Part shown: in pieces, positions 13,879-25,267 of the stretch
Layout of the letters: every line of letters begins with the position of its first letter
Position numbering within the stretch: the first letter of the stretch is position 1
Assembly (NCBI GenBank): GCA_002633005.1
Contig: NMRA01000076.1
Span: forward strand, 310,001-374,000
Direction: 5' to 3'
DNA from: Phoronis australis
Lineage: Eukaryota; Animalia; Phoronida
Length of the DNA: 64,000 bases
Notes under the pieces: model-generated
Told to the model about the DNA's origin: nothing
Database searches by the model: none
The model's input: the letters and a program-made list of their open reading frames with translations, nothing else
Translations under genes and position numbers: made by a program

Positions 13879-14068
13879 CTTCTGACCAGCATCAGCCAGT
13901 AACATAATGCCAATTCCTTCAGTTTTGTTGCTATAGAGATTCTTAGCAGTGGACGGCCAGTTGCCATCTCCATAATCATCTTGAGCCCCGCTACGTCTGG
14001 TTCTGGGGAATTTCTTGTGAAACTTGGCTCCAAACAACATGTTAAATGTGTCTTTGGCTTTGGTAACA
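13879..14068 (-). CDS. LLTP-like gene exon 22 (start of LECT2/M23-like domain)
   Basis: ctgcag|VTKAKDTFNMLFGAKFHKKFPRTRRSGAQDDYGDGNWPST...TEGIGIMLLADAGQK|gtgaga. Confidence 0.85.
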
Positions 14069-14462
14069 CTGCAGAGGAATAGTTCAAATTATCAACTGAT
14101 CAATTCTTCGTTAAAATGACAATGGTTGAACTGATGCTGCTTTAAGTTCTGTCAAGTGCATTCCGTACGTGAAAAAAACTAAATTCAATTTTTAAAATAA
14201 GTCATATTCAGCAACTAAAAGTACAAAATTGAAATCAAACAACATCAAACAACAACAATCAGCCTGGATTAAGAAAATTAGGAAAACTAATTGTTATAAC
14301 CTAAATTTCCGCTACTAATTTCTTATGACCATTTCCAAAATTTTGTTTCTGAATTTTTGTTAATAATGGCACATAATATCATTGTCGCAACCGCTGCCAT
14401 CGTCATCATCTCTACCAGTACCAGTATCGTCACCATCACCATCAGTTACAGCAAGCACTTAC

Positions 14463-14620
14463 TATGTTTTTATCGTGTCGATAATGTCTTTTATGTTGTA
14501 GTAGACAGCCAGGATGGATTTATACAGGTCAAACAAAGGCTTGAACAGATATTCAAATGGTTCCAGCAAGTTACTTAGAGCCGAGATGAACTTCATGCCA
14601 ACCTCTTTTTGTTGTTGACC
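14463..14620 (-). CDS. LLTP-like gene exon 21
   Basis: tgttag|GQQQKEVGMKFISALSNLLEPFEYLFKPLFDLYKSILAVYYNIKDIIDTIKT|gtaagt. Confidence 0.8.
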
Positions 14621-14982
14621 CTAACATAATGAACAACACATGGTCATGGAGATCAAGAAAACAAAGCAATTTCACCAAGTCATTAATGAGTTTGGACCAT
14701 AGATCAAAAATGGTTAATTGTACACAAATACAGTTATTAAAATGATCACTTATGCATACATTTCAATATGAGAATGTTTCATAAAAATGACAAATTAGAA
14801 CTCAACCCTTGTTTTCAATCTGTACTATTGTCCTACTATAACTGAATAGCCTTTAGAGCATACTACATCCACTTTGCATTCATGTCTGCGAATAAAGTTT
14901 TTTCCATCTTATGTAAATTGGTCTAACATAAGAGAACTAATTAATAATATTCCGACAAATAATTAAAGTTAATCGTACTCAC

Positions 14983-15211
14983 CATGCTCTTCAGACCAGT
15001 GGCACCATATCCAACCTTGAAAGGTGTTGGTCGCGTGGCGTAGATTTTTAACATGTTGGAGACCTCCTTTGTGGCAAACACCATGTCAGTCTTGAGGGCG
15101 CGCAGATCCTCGCCAGGCGTCATCCAGTAGGGGAGGTTGCCTCCCTTGATGGGGAAGTTGATTTCCACGCGTTTCTTGGCACCCATCAGCATGAACATTG
15201 CCATAGCAACC
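14983..15211 (-). CDS. LLTP-like gene exon 20
   Basis: acccag|VAMAMFMLMGAKKRV...LPYWM...GLKSM|gtgagt. Confidence 0.85.
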
Positions 15212-15358
15212 CTGGGTTAGACAAAAAACAACTCACTTGCAAGAAGTGTTCTAAGAATTTCACAACATACAAGGTAGCCAGATATACTTTGTACAAAATG
15301 GCCCAGTTGGTGCTTTGACTGTGTTAACGACAACCCCACAAACAAGAAAATCGGATAC

Positions 15359-15501
15359 CTGATGAAAGCTTGCCCAAGTCCTTCCAGAGCACTAGATGGC
15401 GCTGAAATCAGTTCACCGAGGGATTGCACGATCTGTTTGCCAGTTTTCTCAAACTGCTCAATAGCATATGGGATTGTCACTTGAATGGCATCAAGAATTG
15501 T
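15359..15501 (-). CDS. LLTP-like gene exon 19
   Basis: tttcag|TILDAIQVTIPYAIEQFEK...GQAFI|gtatcc. Confidence 0.8.
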
Positions 15502-16365
15502 CTGAAAACAGTTGAAAGTACTAATTATTTGGCTCAGATTTCTTAGAACATCACGAAGCACAGAGAATCATGATATGCATAGTCCTGACAGTCAAAACCT
15601 CCTGCGTAAAGCATGACTCAATGCTAGACACACGCACAATTCAAGAACACAAAGTTTGATGATTTGAAAAGAGTCTGTTTACTATGAATGGTATAAAAGG
15701 GTATACTCGGCTATTTTGTGATGATTGCAGCTAAAAAAATAAGATACCCACCCATGTAGAGAATGGATACGAAAAAGAAACCTATTTGTGGAGAGTCTCC
15801 ATGAAAATGTCATCTTGACATAGAATTTTGCTCCAAAAACACCACCCTTTTGTAAAGGAATAATTCCATAAACCAAACATTTTGTAAGGACTCTTGAGCA
15901 GTTGTCTTTCAAACTATTAAGCCTGAAACAGTACAAGAGGAGATGCTATGATGACAAAAAGAGTACATTTATTGTACCAAACATTTAAAACTAAGGTAAG
16001 GACAATATTATTAAAAACCCGGATGTAGATTGTTAGTAGCAAATTGGAACCTTTTTTAGAGTTCCGAATTACTACAAAGTAAACCGTTATGGCATTGCAT
16101 TTTGTCACAAAAGGCACGCTTTCCTATGGAAACTGGTCATGAACAAAAATGGGGAAAACGTCACCCATCTGACCAACACATCCCGTTTCACGTCTACTAT
16201 GAAAGTACACCCTGGGGCATTGTGTCGAAATCTCCAAATTCTCCTCTTCCAGTTTGAATTCATCAGCTATAATTGTTGTAATGTGGTTGTGGTTGATCTA
16301 ACTATTGCAATTTACTTCGAATGAAATTTGCCAGGTTGAAAGTTAAACATTTTCAAACTACCAGT

Positions 16366-17403
16366 AACAAGAGCAATGCGGAGCGTTGAAATGCGCTCAT
16401 GAATGCACAGCAAATGGTGCTACTAGGGGTGCTTATTTGTATTATAAAAGTGGCCACTAGATGGGCAGAAAAACTGCCACTAAGAGGCGACACAGTAGCC
16501 GAAGTCGTCGGGAAATCATCGTCAACTATCCTCCTCACATTAAGAACATATATGCCAATTTTCACAATGATCCTTAGAGTGGTTTGGTTGTTAGAGGGGC
16601 AGATGCCAAAAAACTCGAAAACAGTAAAAATGCCCACTAGATGGCGCAAAATGCCTCGAATCTATCTGAAAACGACGGCATGTCATTGTTTCCTTAATAG
16701 AAAGCTATTACCAAAATTTCATAAAAATCTGTCGAGCAACTTCAGAGAAAAAGAACAAATTCAAATAGCCACTAGAGGCACAGCGTTTGTTCAAAAGTTG
16801 TCATCTTGTGTTGTCCACTTCATATAAATACACTTGCTAAAGTTAATATAAAGATCCTGCAGTGGGTTTAGCACATACAGTTATGAGTGCAAAAAAACTG
16901 CCACTAGGAGGTGCCACAGTAGTCCAAGTCGTCGGAAAACCATCGTCAACTGTCCTCTTCACACTAAGAACATTATATGCCAATTTCCACAATCATCCTA
17001 AGAGTGGTTTGGTTGATAGAGGGGTGGAGGCAAAAAACAGACTCGAAAACAGTAAAAATGGCCACTAGGTGGTGCAAAATACCTCAAATCCGTCTGAAAA
17101 TGGGATTATAGCATTATCTTACTAATTGATACCTATGTGCCATATTTCAAGAAAATCCGTTCAGGACCTTTGAAGATACAGACTGAGGTAAATGTAAGGA
17201 ACTAAAGTTGCCGCTAAGGGGCACACTGGTAGTTGGATCCGTGCGAAATTCGTCGTCATTTGTCGTCAGCTTCATAGAAACACATCTGTCAAATCTCATC
17301 AAGATCCTGCAAGGGGTTTAGGAGATACAGCTGAGGACGCCGGATACCTGGACAGAGGTGACCGCAATATGCACCCACATATAAATATGTTGGCGCATAA
17401 AAA
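16366..17403 (+). mobile_element. Modular non-autonomous repeat, copy 2, with internal ~425-bp duplication
   Basis: aacaagagcaatgc start; 16470-16670 is similar to 16895-17100; ends gcaatatgcacccacata..tatgttggcgcataaaaa. Confidence 0.7.
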
Positions 17404-17652
17404 CCATGACACAAGTTTTTCAGGTCACTGTTTGCTTCTTTGCTACTTAAACGAAATGTCTTGAAAACAAACAGAGATGAGGTTTAGGAGTTCAGATTTT
17501 CATTTTCTTTTCAGTTAAAAACTTCATCAACAGGGATTTTTCAGAAACAAGGAATTTTCAAAATACTCTTTTGTAATTTGTCGAGGTACACCAGAGAAAA
17601 GACCACCACAGTGGAATGGCGTTGAACTTCACGAGGTTTTTCTATGCATTAC

Positions 17653-17844
17653 CGTTACAAAATTCTCGATGTCCATTTTCACGTCATTAATGAAAAACTT
17701 GATTCTGAGAACAACTTTCCGGACTGCTGTCACCCAGGGGAGACAATTGGTGGTTTTCCCAGTCCAGCTTGCCAGCGCTTCAGCAGTTTTGACGATGTTC
17801 TTGGGAAGGTCAATAATGGTTTGAGCAAAGGATTTGAACAAGGC
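17653..17844 (-). CDS. LLTP-like gene exon 18 (amphipathic helices)
   Basis: ttatag|ALFKSFAQTIIDLPKNI...MDIENFVT|gtaatg. Confidence 0.85.
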
Positions 17845-18821
17845 CTATAAATACAACAAAGTTAATTAATGTTCAACACAAAGCAATATGTTCATGTGTA
17901 GTGCCATATTTCTTTTATGAATGGACACACATGACCTGTCGAATCATGTAATAAAAAGGGATGACAAAGTTACAACATATAACACACACTGAGGTGCAAA
18001 TTTCTTCCATTAGCTTCTTAAATATATGCAGTAGCTCAAAATAAACTGAATAACATTGAAGTTTGACAAAGTTGCTAAGCACAAAACTGCGAGTTATATA
18101 ATTATGTATTTCTTTTCGACTAGAGCACCGTTCAATTGCGGCAAATTTTCTACAAAATCTTGACAGGTGTGGCACCGCACACCTTTTCAAAATCGCGACT
18201 ACCTGCCTCACAAGTCGCAAACAAACAATTATCGACTAGGCGCCGTAACGTCTCCCGACACCCTGACTAAAGTGCGACAAAAATGCTATTTTACTGCAAC
18301 AATTGCTAAACCAACTGCCAAGTAAGCCTACCAAGTACGTCCCAGTTTGGTAGAATATGACAGAATTCTGTGGAAGCTGAAGTAGATGATAATGAAAACT
18401 ACTAATTGCAAATTCTGTGAATAGCGCAATTTCTGCGTTCGTTACGCAACTAGTAAAAAATAACGGTGTAACCGTAATGAGCAGTTTTAATGAAATTTAA
18501 CATTTGAAACTAAAGATTGGAAAATCTCAACAGCTATCTCAATACGGTATGCAAAAAAATTAAATTTTATTTTCATTCTTTTCACAAAGGACGAGTAACA
18601 CTGGCCATAAAAATGTTTACTTTTAAATTGTATACCATCAAAGCAACCCTCCATTAATGTCTTGAGAAATTATGGTTATTCCTAAAAATGTTAGAAGCAT
18701 TTAAAAATTAGCGGCTTTTGGAATTGTTTATGACTACAATGGATGAGATTTTACAGTTACGCACGTTATGATAAATTGGACAGTATTCCCTACACAAGGC
18801 ATCTGGAAACCACTAGCACCA

Positions 18822-19409
18822 AGAAACAGTGCAATGACCAGAAACAGTACAGTGACCAGAAACAGCGCAATGACAAGAGACAGCGCAATGACCAGAGACA
18901 GCGCAATGATCAGAGAGAGTGCAGTGATCAGAAACAGTGCAATGACCAGAAACAGTGCAGTGACCAGAAACAGTGCAGTGACCAGAAACAGCACAAAGAC
19001 CAGAGACTGTGCAATGACCAGAGACAGTGCAATGACCAGANNNNNNNNNNNNNNNNNNNNNNNNNNNNNNNNNNNNNNNNNNNNNNNNNNNNNNNNNNNN
19101 NNNNNNNNNNNNNNNNNNNNNNNNNNNNNNNNNNNNNNNNNNNNNNNNNNNNNNNNNNNNNNNNNNNNNNNNNNNNNNNNNNNNNNNNNNNNNNNNNNNN
19201 NNNNNNNNNNNNNNNNNNNNNNNNNNNNNNTGACCAGAAACAGCGCAATGACCAGAAACAGCGCAATGACCAGAAACAGCACAATGACCAGAAACTGCAG
19301 TAACCAGAAACAGTGCAATGACCAGAAACAGTGCAGTGACCAGAAACAGCGCAATGACCAGAAACAGCGCAATGACCAGAAACAGCGCAATGACGAGAGA
19401 CAGTGCAAT
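18822..19409. repeat. 18-bp minisatellite (GCAATGACCAGAAACAGY)n, intronic, spanning an assembly gap
   Basis: Tandem units visible on both sides of the 190-N gap (19041-19230). Confidence 0.95.
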
Positions 19410-19665
19410 AAAAACGAAACATTACAACATGAACAACCAATCACGCTGCTAGTTAGCTTGATCCTTACTACCTAGTGAAACACTTAACTTTCAGTATTCA
19501 CATGATTTTGCGTGCTTTGTGGGATCTTGTTTTTTGGCATTAAGATTCTCTTGTCAATGGAATGCACCCGATATACCCAGAAGTCCTATAGCTAGTGTGC
19601 CTACACATACCACAACTACTGATACTTCACAACACTTTACTTATGGTATAGAGTTGTTTACTTAC

Positions 19666-19803
19666 TCCAAAGCCACCTTGCTTATTTATGCTCTGGAAAA
19701 TGCCCATGAAACTATCGACAGCAGTCTCAATGGGTGTGACGAACTGGTCGTAAAGTGTGTCAAAAATGTTAACGAGATCTTGAACGGAGTTGATGCCAAA
19801 TTC
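19666..19803 (-). CDS. LLTP-like gene exon 17
   Basis: tttcag|EFGINSVQDLVNIFDTLYDQF...QGGFG|gtaagt. Confidence 0.85.
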
Positions 19804-20303
19804 CTGAAAATGAAACAATACCAATGACTATGAATGATTCGAACAAATAATGGTTTGCCTAACTTGAATGGCTCACTAGGTACAATTGGATTAATAATTA
19901 TTGAACAATAATATTTTGATTTGAGCATCAAGGCATCTCCTTTTAAATTTCATTTTCATTGAAACAAGGGCTCAGGTTTCAGATACATAATCAGAAAATG
20001 TCATTTCAAGTAAAAGATGTCCTCACAATTAATAACGAAAAAGTGATTTAGTAAGTAAACAAAGCTTACATGGATGAAGAAAATTTAGCGAAACATAGTC
20101 GAGTCCCTGTTGAGACTGTCCCTGTCTGAGAAAGCCGTAGCTACAACCAAATGACTTCGGATACAACATGCCCATGATAAAAAATATGACAACACTCTTA
20201 TCTACTGAATTTCAAAAAGACAAATTGTCCCTAATTAGAAGTTTATAGAATACAAGATTAATAGTAAAGTGTTACGGTATTCATACAGAATCAGCCTCAG
20301 TAC

Positions 20304-20449
20304 CTTAGCCATGTTAAGATTGTATCGGATGTAACCACGGAAACAGACTTGGAGGCGGAACATGTCAAACTTGATGTTGAGGATCCCAAGGTTGGCCTCA
20401 GCATAGGCTGTGTCATAGACGTCAATCATAAACATGCCTTCAAGAGGTT
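20304..20449 (-). CDS. LLTP-like gene exon 16
   Basis: tttcag|PLEGMFMIDVYDTAYAEANLG...VCFRGYIRYNLNMAK|gtactg. Confidence 0.85.
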
Positions 20450-20696
20450 CTGAAACATCAAGCAAAGGCTACAGTAATGACCTCAGTCATAACCATGTCT
20501 TCAAGAGGTTCTGAAACATTATGCAAAGGCTAACATCAAGCAAAGGCTGTGACATAAGAGTTCTGACGTCAAAGGCTGTGATATGTAAGAGTACTCAGGT
20601 CAAAGGTTGTGTTATAAGAGTCCTGACGTCAATCATAAGCACGCCCTCTAGTGGTTCCGAAACATCAAACATAATCCGCGCCTCCAAAAAAGTTAG

Positions 20697-20942
20697 ACAT
20701 ATCATATCATGCTATAAACACTCCACTAAACGAGATCACGTCAAACCCCACTGATCAGGGAAAACTGTGGGGTTTGGCCGATTGAACTAGACCGTATTTA
20801 TCCACCTTGGCTGTGTCGCGCTCAACTCAGGATCAAAGGGATCACACCTAGCTGCTCTATTCATCGAGTCACGAGCGAGGATAATAGACTTCGCTCATGC
20901 GGATACGATCAACTGATTACAATCTAGCCCAGATGACCGTAC
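20697..20942 (-). mobile_element. Probable 3' end of a non-LTR retroelement/SINE with (ATATG)n tail
   Basis: Minus strand ends ...gtgtttatagcatgatatgatatg; a 10-bp stem caaaccccac/gtggggtttg lies just upstream of the tail; GC-richer than the surrounding intron. Confidence 0.5.
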
Positions 20943-21555
20943 TTTTTACGGAGAGCGTTTTACATAGTTTTGAATGTAATATTTGAAAAGAGGAGAGTAA
21001 AAAAATGTTGGTACAACTTTGAATTTTTCAAATCGGTCCAGAATAAGAGATTGAGCAACACAGCAACACTCATGATTACTTTCATTCGGCGTGCACGAAT
21101 ACAAATATATAGGACCCAAGTTATTTAGATTTTGGAACACATGCATTGCAATATTCAAAATACATTTCTTTTAACTCTTACAAGCTGTAACATGACGTTT
21201 GTTTTCATTGTGCTCATTCCTTGTCATCCGTCAAATCGGAAATTTCCGAGATGTGATCTGCGGCGTGTACGTATGTATACAAAACACGTGATTGTTATGT
21301 TATTGCAGTACGAACATTAAGAAAATTTAGCATGCCATTATTATTGACAGGGACACGATAAAACGAATTTGGATTTTGACAATAGTCTTGATACAGCGAG
21401 CTGGCTGACCACTGCGTCAGTGTCTCCGTTAGACACAGAAATTTTACACAGCCCATATAGTAAAGCATTAATCAATTTTTATGAAAAAGTAGGAAAATAA
21501 AATTTCACTTGTATGGTGTATTTTTGAGCATTTACCGTCAATGAATTGTACTTAC

Positions 21556-21737
21556 TTAGATCGAGAAACATCTTGTTTCTCAGAATGACACCAAACGATG
21601 CACCAATGGCTGTGCTGCCAATCACCTTGGTCCAGGAAAACCCAGGTATCTCAATCTCCCAATGAAGGCCCTGGTTCAAAAAGTCTTGGATACCTCGTCT
21701 ATCCCTATTGGGCGGTATCACAACAGAGGCATTGCGT
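21556..21737 (-). CDS. LLTP-like gene exon 15
   Basis: tttcag|RNASVVIPPNRDRRGIQDFLNQGLHWEIEIPGFSWTKVIGSTAIGASFGVILRNKMFLDL|gtaagt. Confidence 0.85.
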
Positions 21738-22661
21738 CTGAAAGAAAGAATTCGGATGATTAACTAAAAATACGAAATTGTAAACATCAAGTGTTCCATA
21801 CGGAAGTCAGGTGAACTGCAGAGCACAAACAATACAAATAACAGGTTACCATTGCTACAGGTTGAAAGAGGTTTGATTAAGGTCCAGTTAACTGTGCGTC
21901 TGGCATTCCCTTTTGTCATTGATTCTTTGATGAATACTTTTTCTTTGTGGTTGTCCGAGGTAACAATCTCAACACTATCAGATAAGTGGCCAATCTCTGA
22001 ACAACCCCTAAATGTATTACTAGCGAACAGCAGTTTTCAAAACAACCTGGAAAATATGGAAATTCGACGAAGGTTTAATGCACAAAACAAGGACAACATA
22101 TTCATTTCTTTCCTTCTAGCATCCATTTCAATGCTGAATAAATGGCAACAAAATCATGCAAGGAGTTACTACACCAACTAACTGCGCAAGGCCAAGACAA
22201 AAAAAAAACAATCAGTGACTAAATGCAGTAACCAAACATTATAATTTGACTAAATTTTGACAAGAATGCTAATTGGTAATAAAAATCGACTAAACTGCCA
22301 AATGATTCTTAAGAGGTCTGTCCAGTTTAATTTGAAAATTACTGCACCAACTGTGTTGTGACATTTCTTTAGCCGAGCTCTGGGTTCGACCAATATCAAA
22401 GGAATCGCACAATGCTCTACTTACAGTTTGATTAGTGTCTTAACACAAACCTTTACAGAAGGATCATTTTTTAACTACAGAGATTTTCAGCAGCAGATTT
22501 TTTGGTAAAAAAATTCAATTTTACATTACGTTGTAAATGAATCGCCATCCCTCGGAAGATGCAATTTGTTGGCATACTCATCCGTGTTTTATTAAAGACC
22601 GGAATAATACAATAACAGCAGCCGCAGTTTTCTATATAGCAGCAACCATTAATTTAATTAC

Positions 22662-22792
22662 CTGAGTATGACGTCTCTCTGTGCATCCGTCAGTTGGTAA
22701 CGCCTGGGATGCTCAGTGTACGTTCTGTAGGCCTGTTGGCGGACAACATCGTGATGGTCATGGAAGGCCAGGGTGATGAGAATCTCAGCACT
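22662..22792 (-). CDS. LLTP-like gene exon 14
   Basis: tttag|SAEILITLAFHDHHDVVRQQAYRTYTEHPR...VIL|gtaatt; VR..AY approximates LLTP EVRIAAY. Confidence 0.85.
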
Positions 22793-23079
22793 CTAAATGT
22801 GTCAAAAGAACAATCAACATATAAAAATTGCCAGAGTGTATTCTGCATTAAAACAAGAACTCAAGATAATCTGACGGTTAGCATATCAATGACCGTAAAG
22901 TCTAACTTCAACAGAATTTTGTTATTTTAGATGTATTGGGCTAACCCGATAGTCCTAGCAAAGCCTAAGTAAAATAAGAAAAACGCGAGTTCAATCACGC
23001 AAATGTAAGCCCGTCAAATGATAGGCGAAGCTGCCTTTTCGTGCCATGTTGCGTCACCGCAAAATCCCTCTAATAAAAA

Positions 23080-23420
23080 TAACAAAGAAGACACTACATG
23101 GTGCAAAATACATCGTATCTATCTCAAACTAACAGGGTCCCTCCCTTCTTAAAAAATACCTATTCACCATATTTCACGAAAACCTCTCAACAAACTGCAA
23201 AGATACAGAGGCATACTTAAACAATAAAATGGCCATGGCCAGTAGAGGGCACAGTCACAGTCGTATCCCTACAAAAGTCACCATCATCTGTTGTCAAATT
23301 CAGACACTTGTCAAATTTCACAATGACCTTCCACGGGCTTCATACAGACGTGAACACCAAACCAATGCCAGACACTGAACAGATATTACGGCACTTTGTG
23401 ACCACCTATAAATCTGCGGG
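23080..23420 (+). repeat. Partial copy of the modular repeat family
   Basis: Shared words atttcacgaaaa, gatacagaggcata, aaaatggcc..ccagtagagggcacag. Confidence 0.5.
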
Positions 23421-23886
23421 TGTATCAAATAACTATGGCAGTGAAGGTGCAGTAGCCCCATCTTACAAAACTTTGAAGTCTGTTCAATTTCCTAATGTCT
23501 TTTAAAATAGTTCGCCGGCAAATTATTGCAATAGCACTGAACAACACACAATGTGGTTTGGAACGGTGAGGCAGTAACCTTATGGTACATTTATTAATGG
23601 AAAATACAGGGAGATAAGCAACTGAATAAGGAAAAGTGATTTCCTTTAATTTTATTTTTACAAAAACTGCTTACCAGGTGACGCACACATTTAATCAAAT
23701 TGCATCTTTTTTAGCATGGCTGTGTTCAAATGACAGTAAAGCAGACTTAGCAAAACCCTGCAATCTAATATCCTGACCATCTGGAACCACTGGATAAAGA
23801 ACACTACACTCTGGACAAACCAAAATTATCAGTCGTGACTTTTTTCTATCACTGTAGCCAAAGTATTTTCTCATGACAAATCATAC

Positions 23887-24083
23887 TTCATCATGAGGAT
23901 AGAACTTCATGGCTTCCAAAGCGGCCCTACGCCAAGCCGAGTGACCCTCGTTTGGCGCTGCGTATCTCTTGAACAGCTTGAACGAAGTGTGATGTGCGGC
24001 ATTGCTTAGAGCATGCAGCATAATCATGCCCGTGTAGTACTCGTAGTCATAGTCCACGTCATCAGCAGAGCGCTTGGTGCGGT
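23887..24083 (-). CDS. LLTP-like gene exon 13
   Basis: tttcag|(D)RTKRSADDVDYDYEYYTGMIMLHALSNAAH...WRRAALEAMKFYPHDE|gtatga; L.ALSN approximates LLTP LKALGN, and R.AA..A. is also present. Confidence 0.88.
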
Positions 24084-24335
24084 CTGAAAAAGGAACTACT
24101 GATCAAGCTGCTGCCTCTTGGCCGCATGAAATCAAGAGTCAAATGATTTCCAATCTCCTGCCCACATTGAAGCAAACAAGAGTATACCTAAGTGTTTTCA
24201 AATCCTGTCAAATTTGTATTCCTTGTGACAAAATAATTAAGCCGTTTGCTTGCCACTTTGCTACAAGCAATAACAATGGATCACAAGTTGTAATTGGTAA
24301 CCCAACAACTCTATCATGATCTAGTAAACATGTGG

Positions 24336-24587
24336 GGAGACAGTGTCATTGGTGGCCTGGTTGATAAGTGCCCGCTTTCTTTACTCGAGGTCGTGGGTTC
24401 AAGTCCCACCAGGTCACACTGCTAAACCCTTGAGCCAGGTTTCTAGCTCCTCAGCTCGGTTTTAACCATATATTAATAAAGCATAAAAATATTTCCAGGT
24501 GATCAGTGCAATGGGCCCACATGCGAGGCCTGCGCACGTCTGGTACAACGTGTATCAGACCGCCTGCAATTATTTTTTATATTATTA
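24336..24587 (+). mobile_element. Full-length tRNA-derived SINE with 14-bp target-site duplication
   Basis: A box TGGCCTGGTTGA, B box GGTTCAAGTCC, (ATT)-rich tail; flanked by TAGTAAACATGTGG at 24322-24335 and 24588-24601. Confidence 0.85.
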
Positions 24588-25108
24588 TAGTAAACATGTG
24601 GTTAATAATTATGCTAACTAAATCTGTGTGCTCCAGTTACGATGGGGAGAGCTATTTTTGTTGAATTTTGTCAGTTTGAACTAATATGTCAGTGTACGTG
24701 GTTAAACCACTACCATACTGTGTCCAGTTTGAAGTAAGTATTAGTGAAAAATAATCAAACCACATTTGAGCAAAGGTGCAGTCTCCGAGAATATAAAGAT
24801 TACTGCCAAATACTGAGATAATTTCCATCAATTATTTCAGAATCTGTTGATGCACTCATAATTACTTGTCGACTAAATTTATTTTAAGCAGGTGTGAAGT
24901 GAAAGCATAGGACCACTTTTTTGTCATGTTTCATGACACGGACCGTAGAAGTACAACATGTATAATCAGTTTCTGCATGTCTCAGTTAACCTTCTATGTA
25001 AGATGCTGGTACAACATTTTAACACACACCACAACAATCACATTATGAAATGTCACCATTTAGATAAATTACAGAGTAAAGCCAGAGCAAGCAAATCGAG
25101 GGATTTAC

Positions 25109-25267
25109 CATTGTGTCGCTCCAACCAGGTAGTAAGATGGCCGACAATTTGGGCAGCTCTTGCTGGGTTGGTTTTGTTCAGACTCGACGCCATTCCTCCC
25201 ACAGTCAGGCAGGCGCGCCGCAGTGTTTCGGTTTCATTGGTTCGATTTGGCACAACTATGTCCATAC
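25109..25267 (-). CDS. LLTP-like gene exon 12
   Basis: cttcag|MDIVVPNRTNETETLRRACLTVGGMASSL...TWLERHN|gtaaat; A.L..G.. helix as in the LLTP helical domain. Confidence 0.85.

Noticed and set aside
18822-19409. CRISPR-like periodicity
   Set aside because: Head-to-tail units with no unique spacers, no cas genes, eukaryotic context.
18734-19475. Four long ORFs (170-236 aa)
   Set aside because: They are products of an 18-bp minisatellite plus an N gap inside an intron.
24345-24415. tRNA gene
   Set aside because: No proper acceptor stem or T-run terminator; body, tail and TSD identify it as a SINE.
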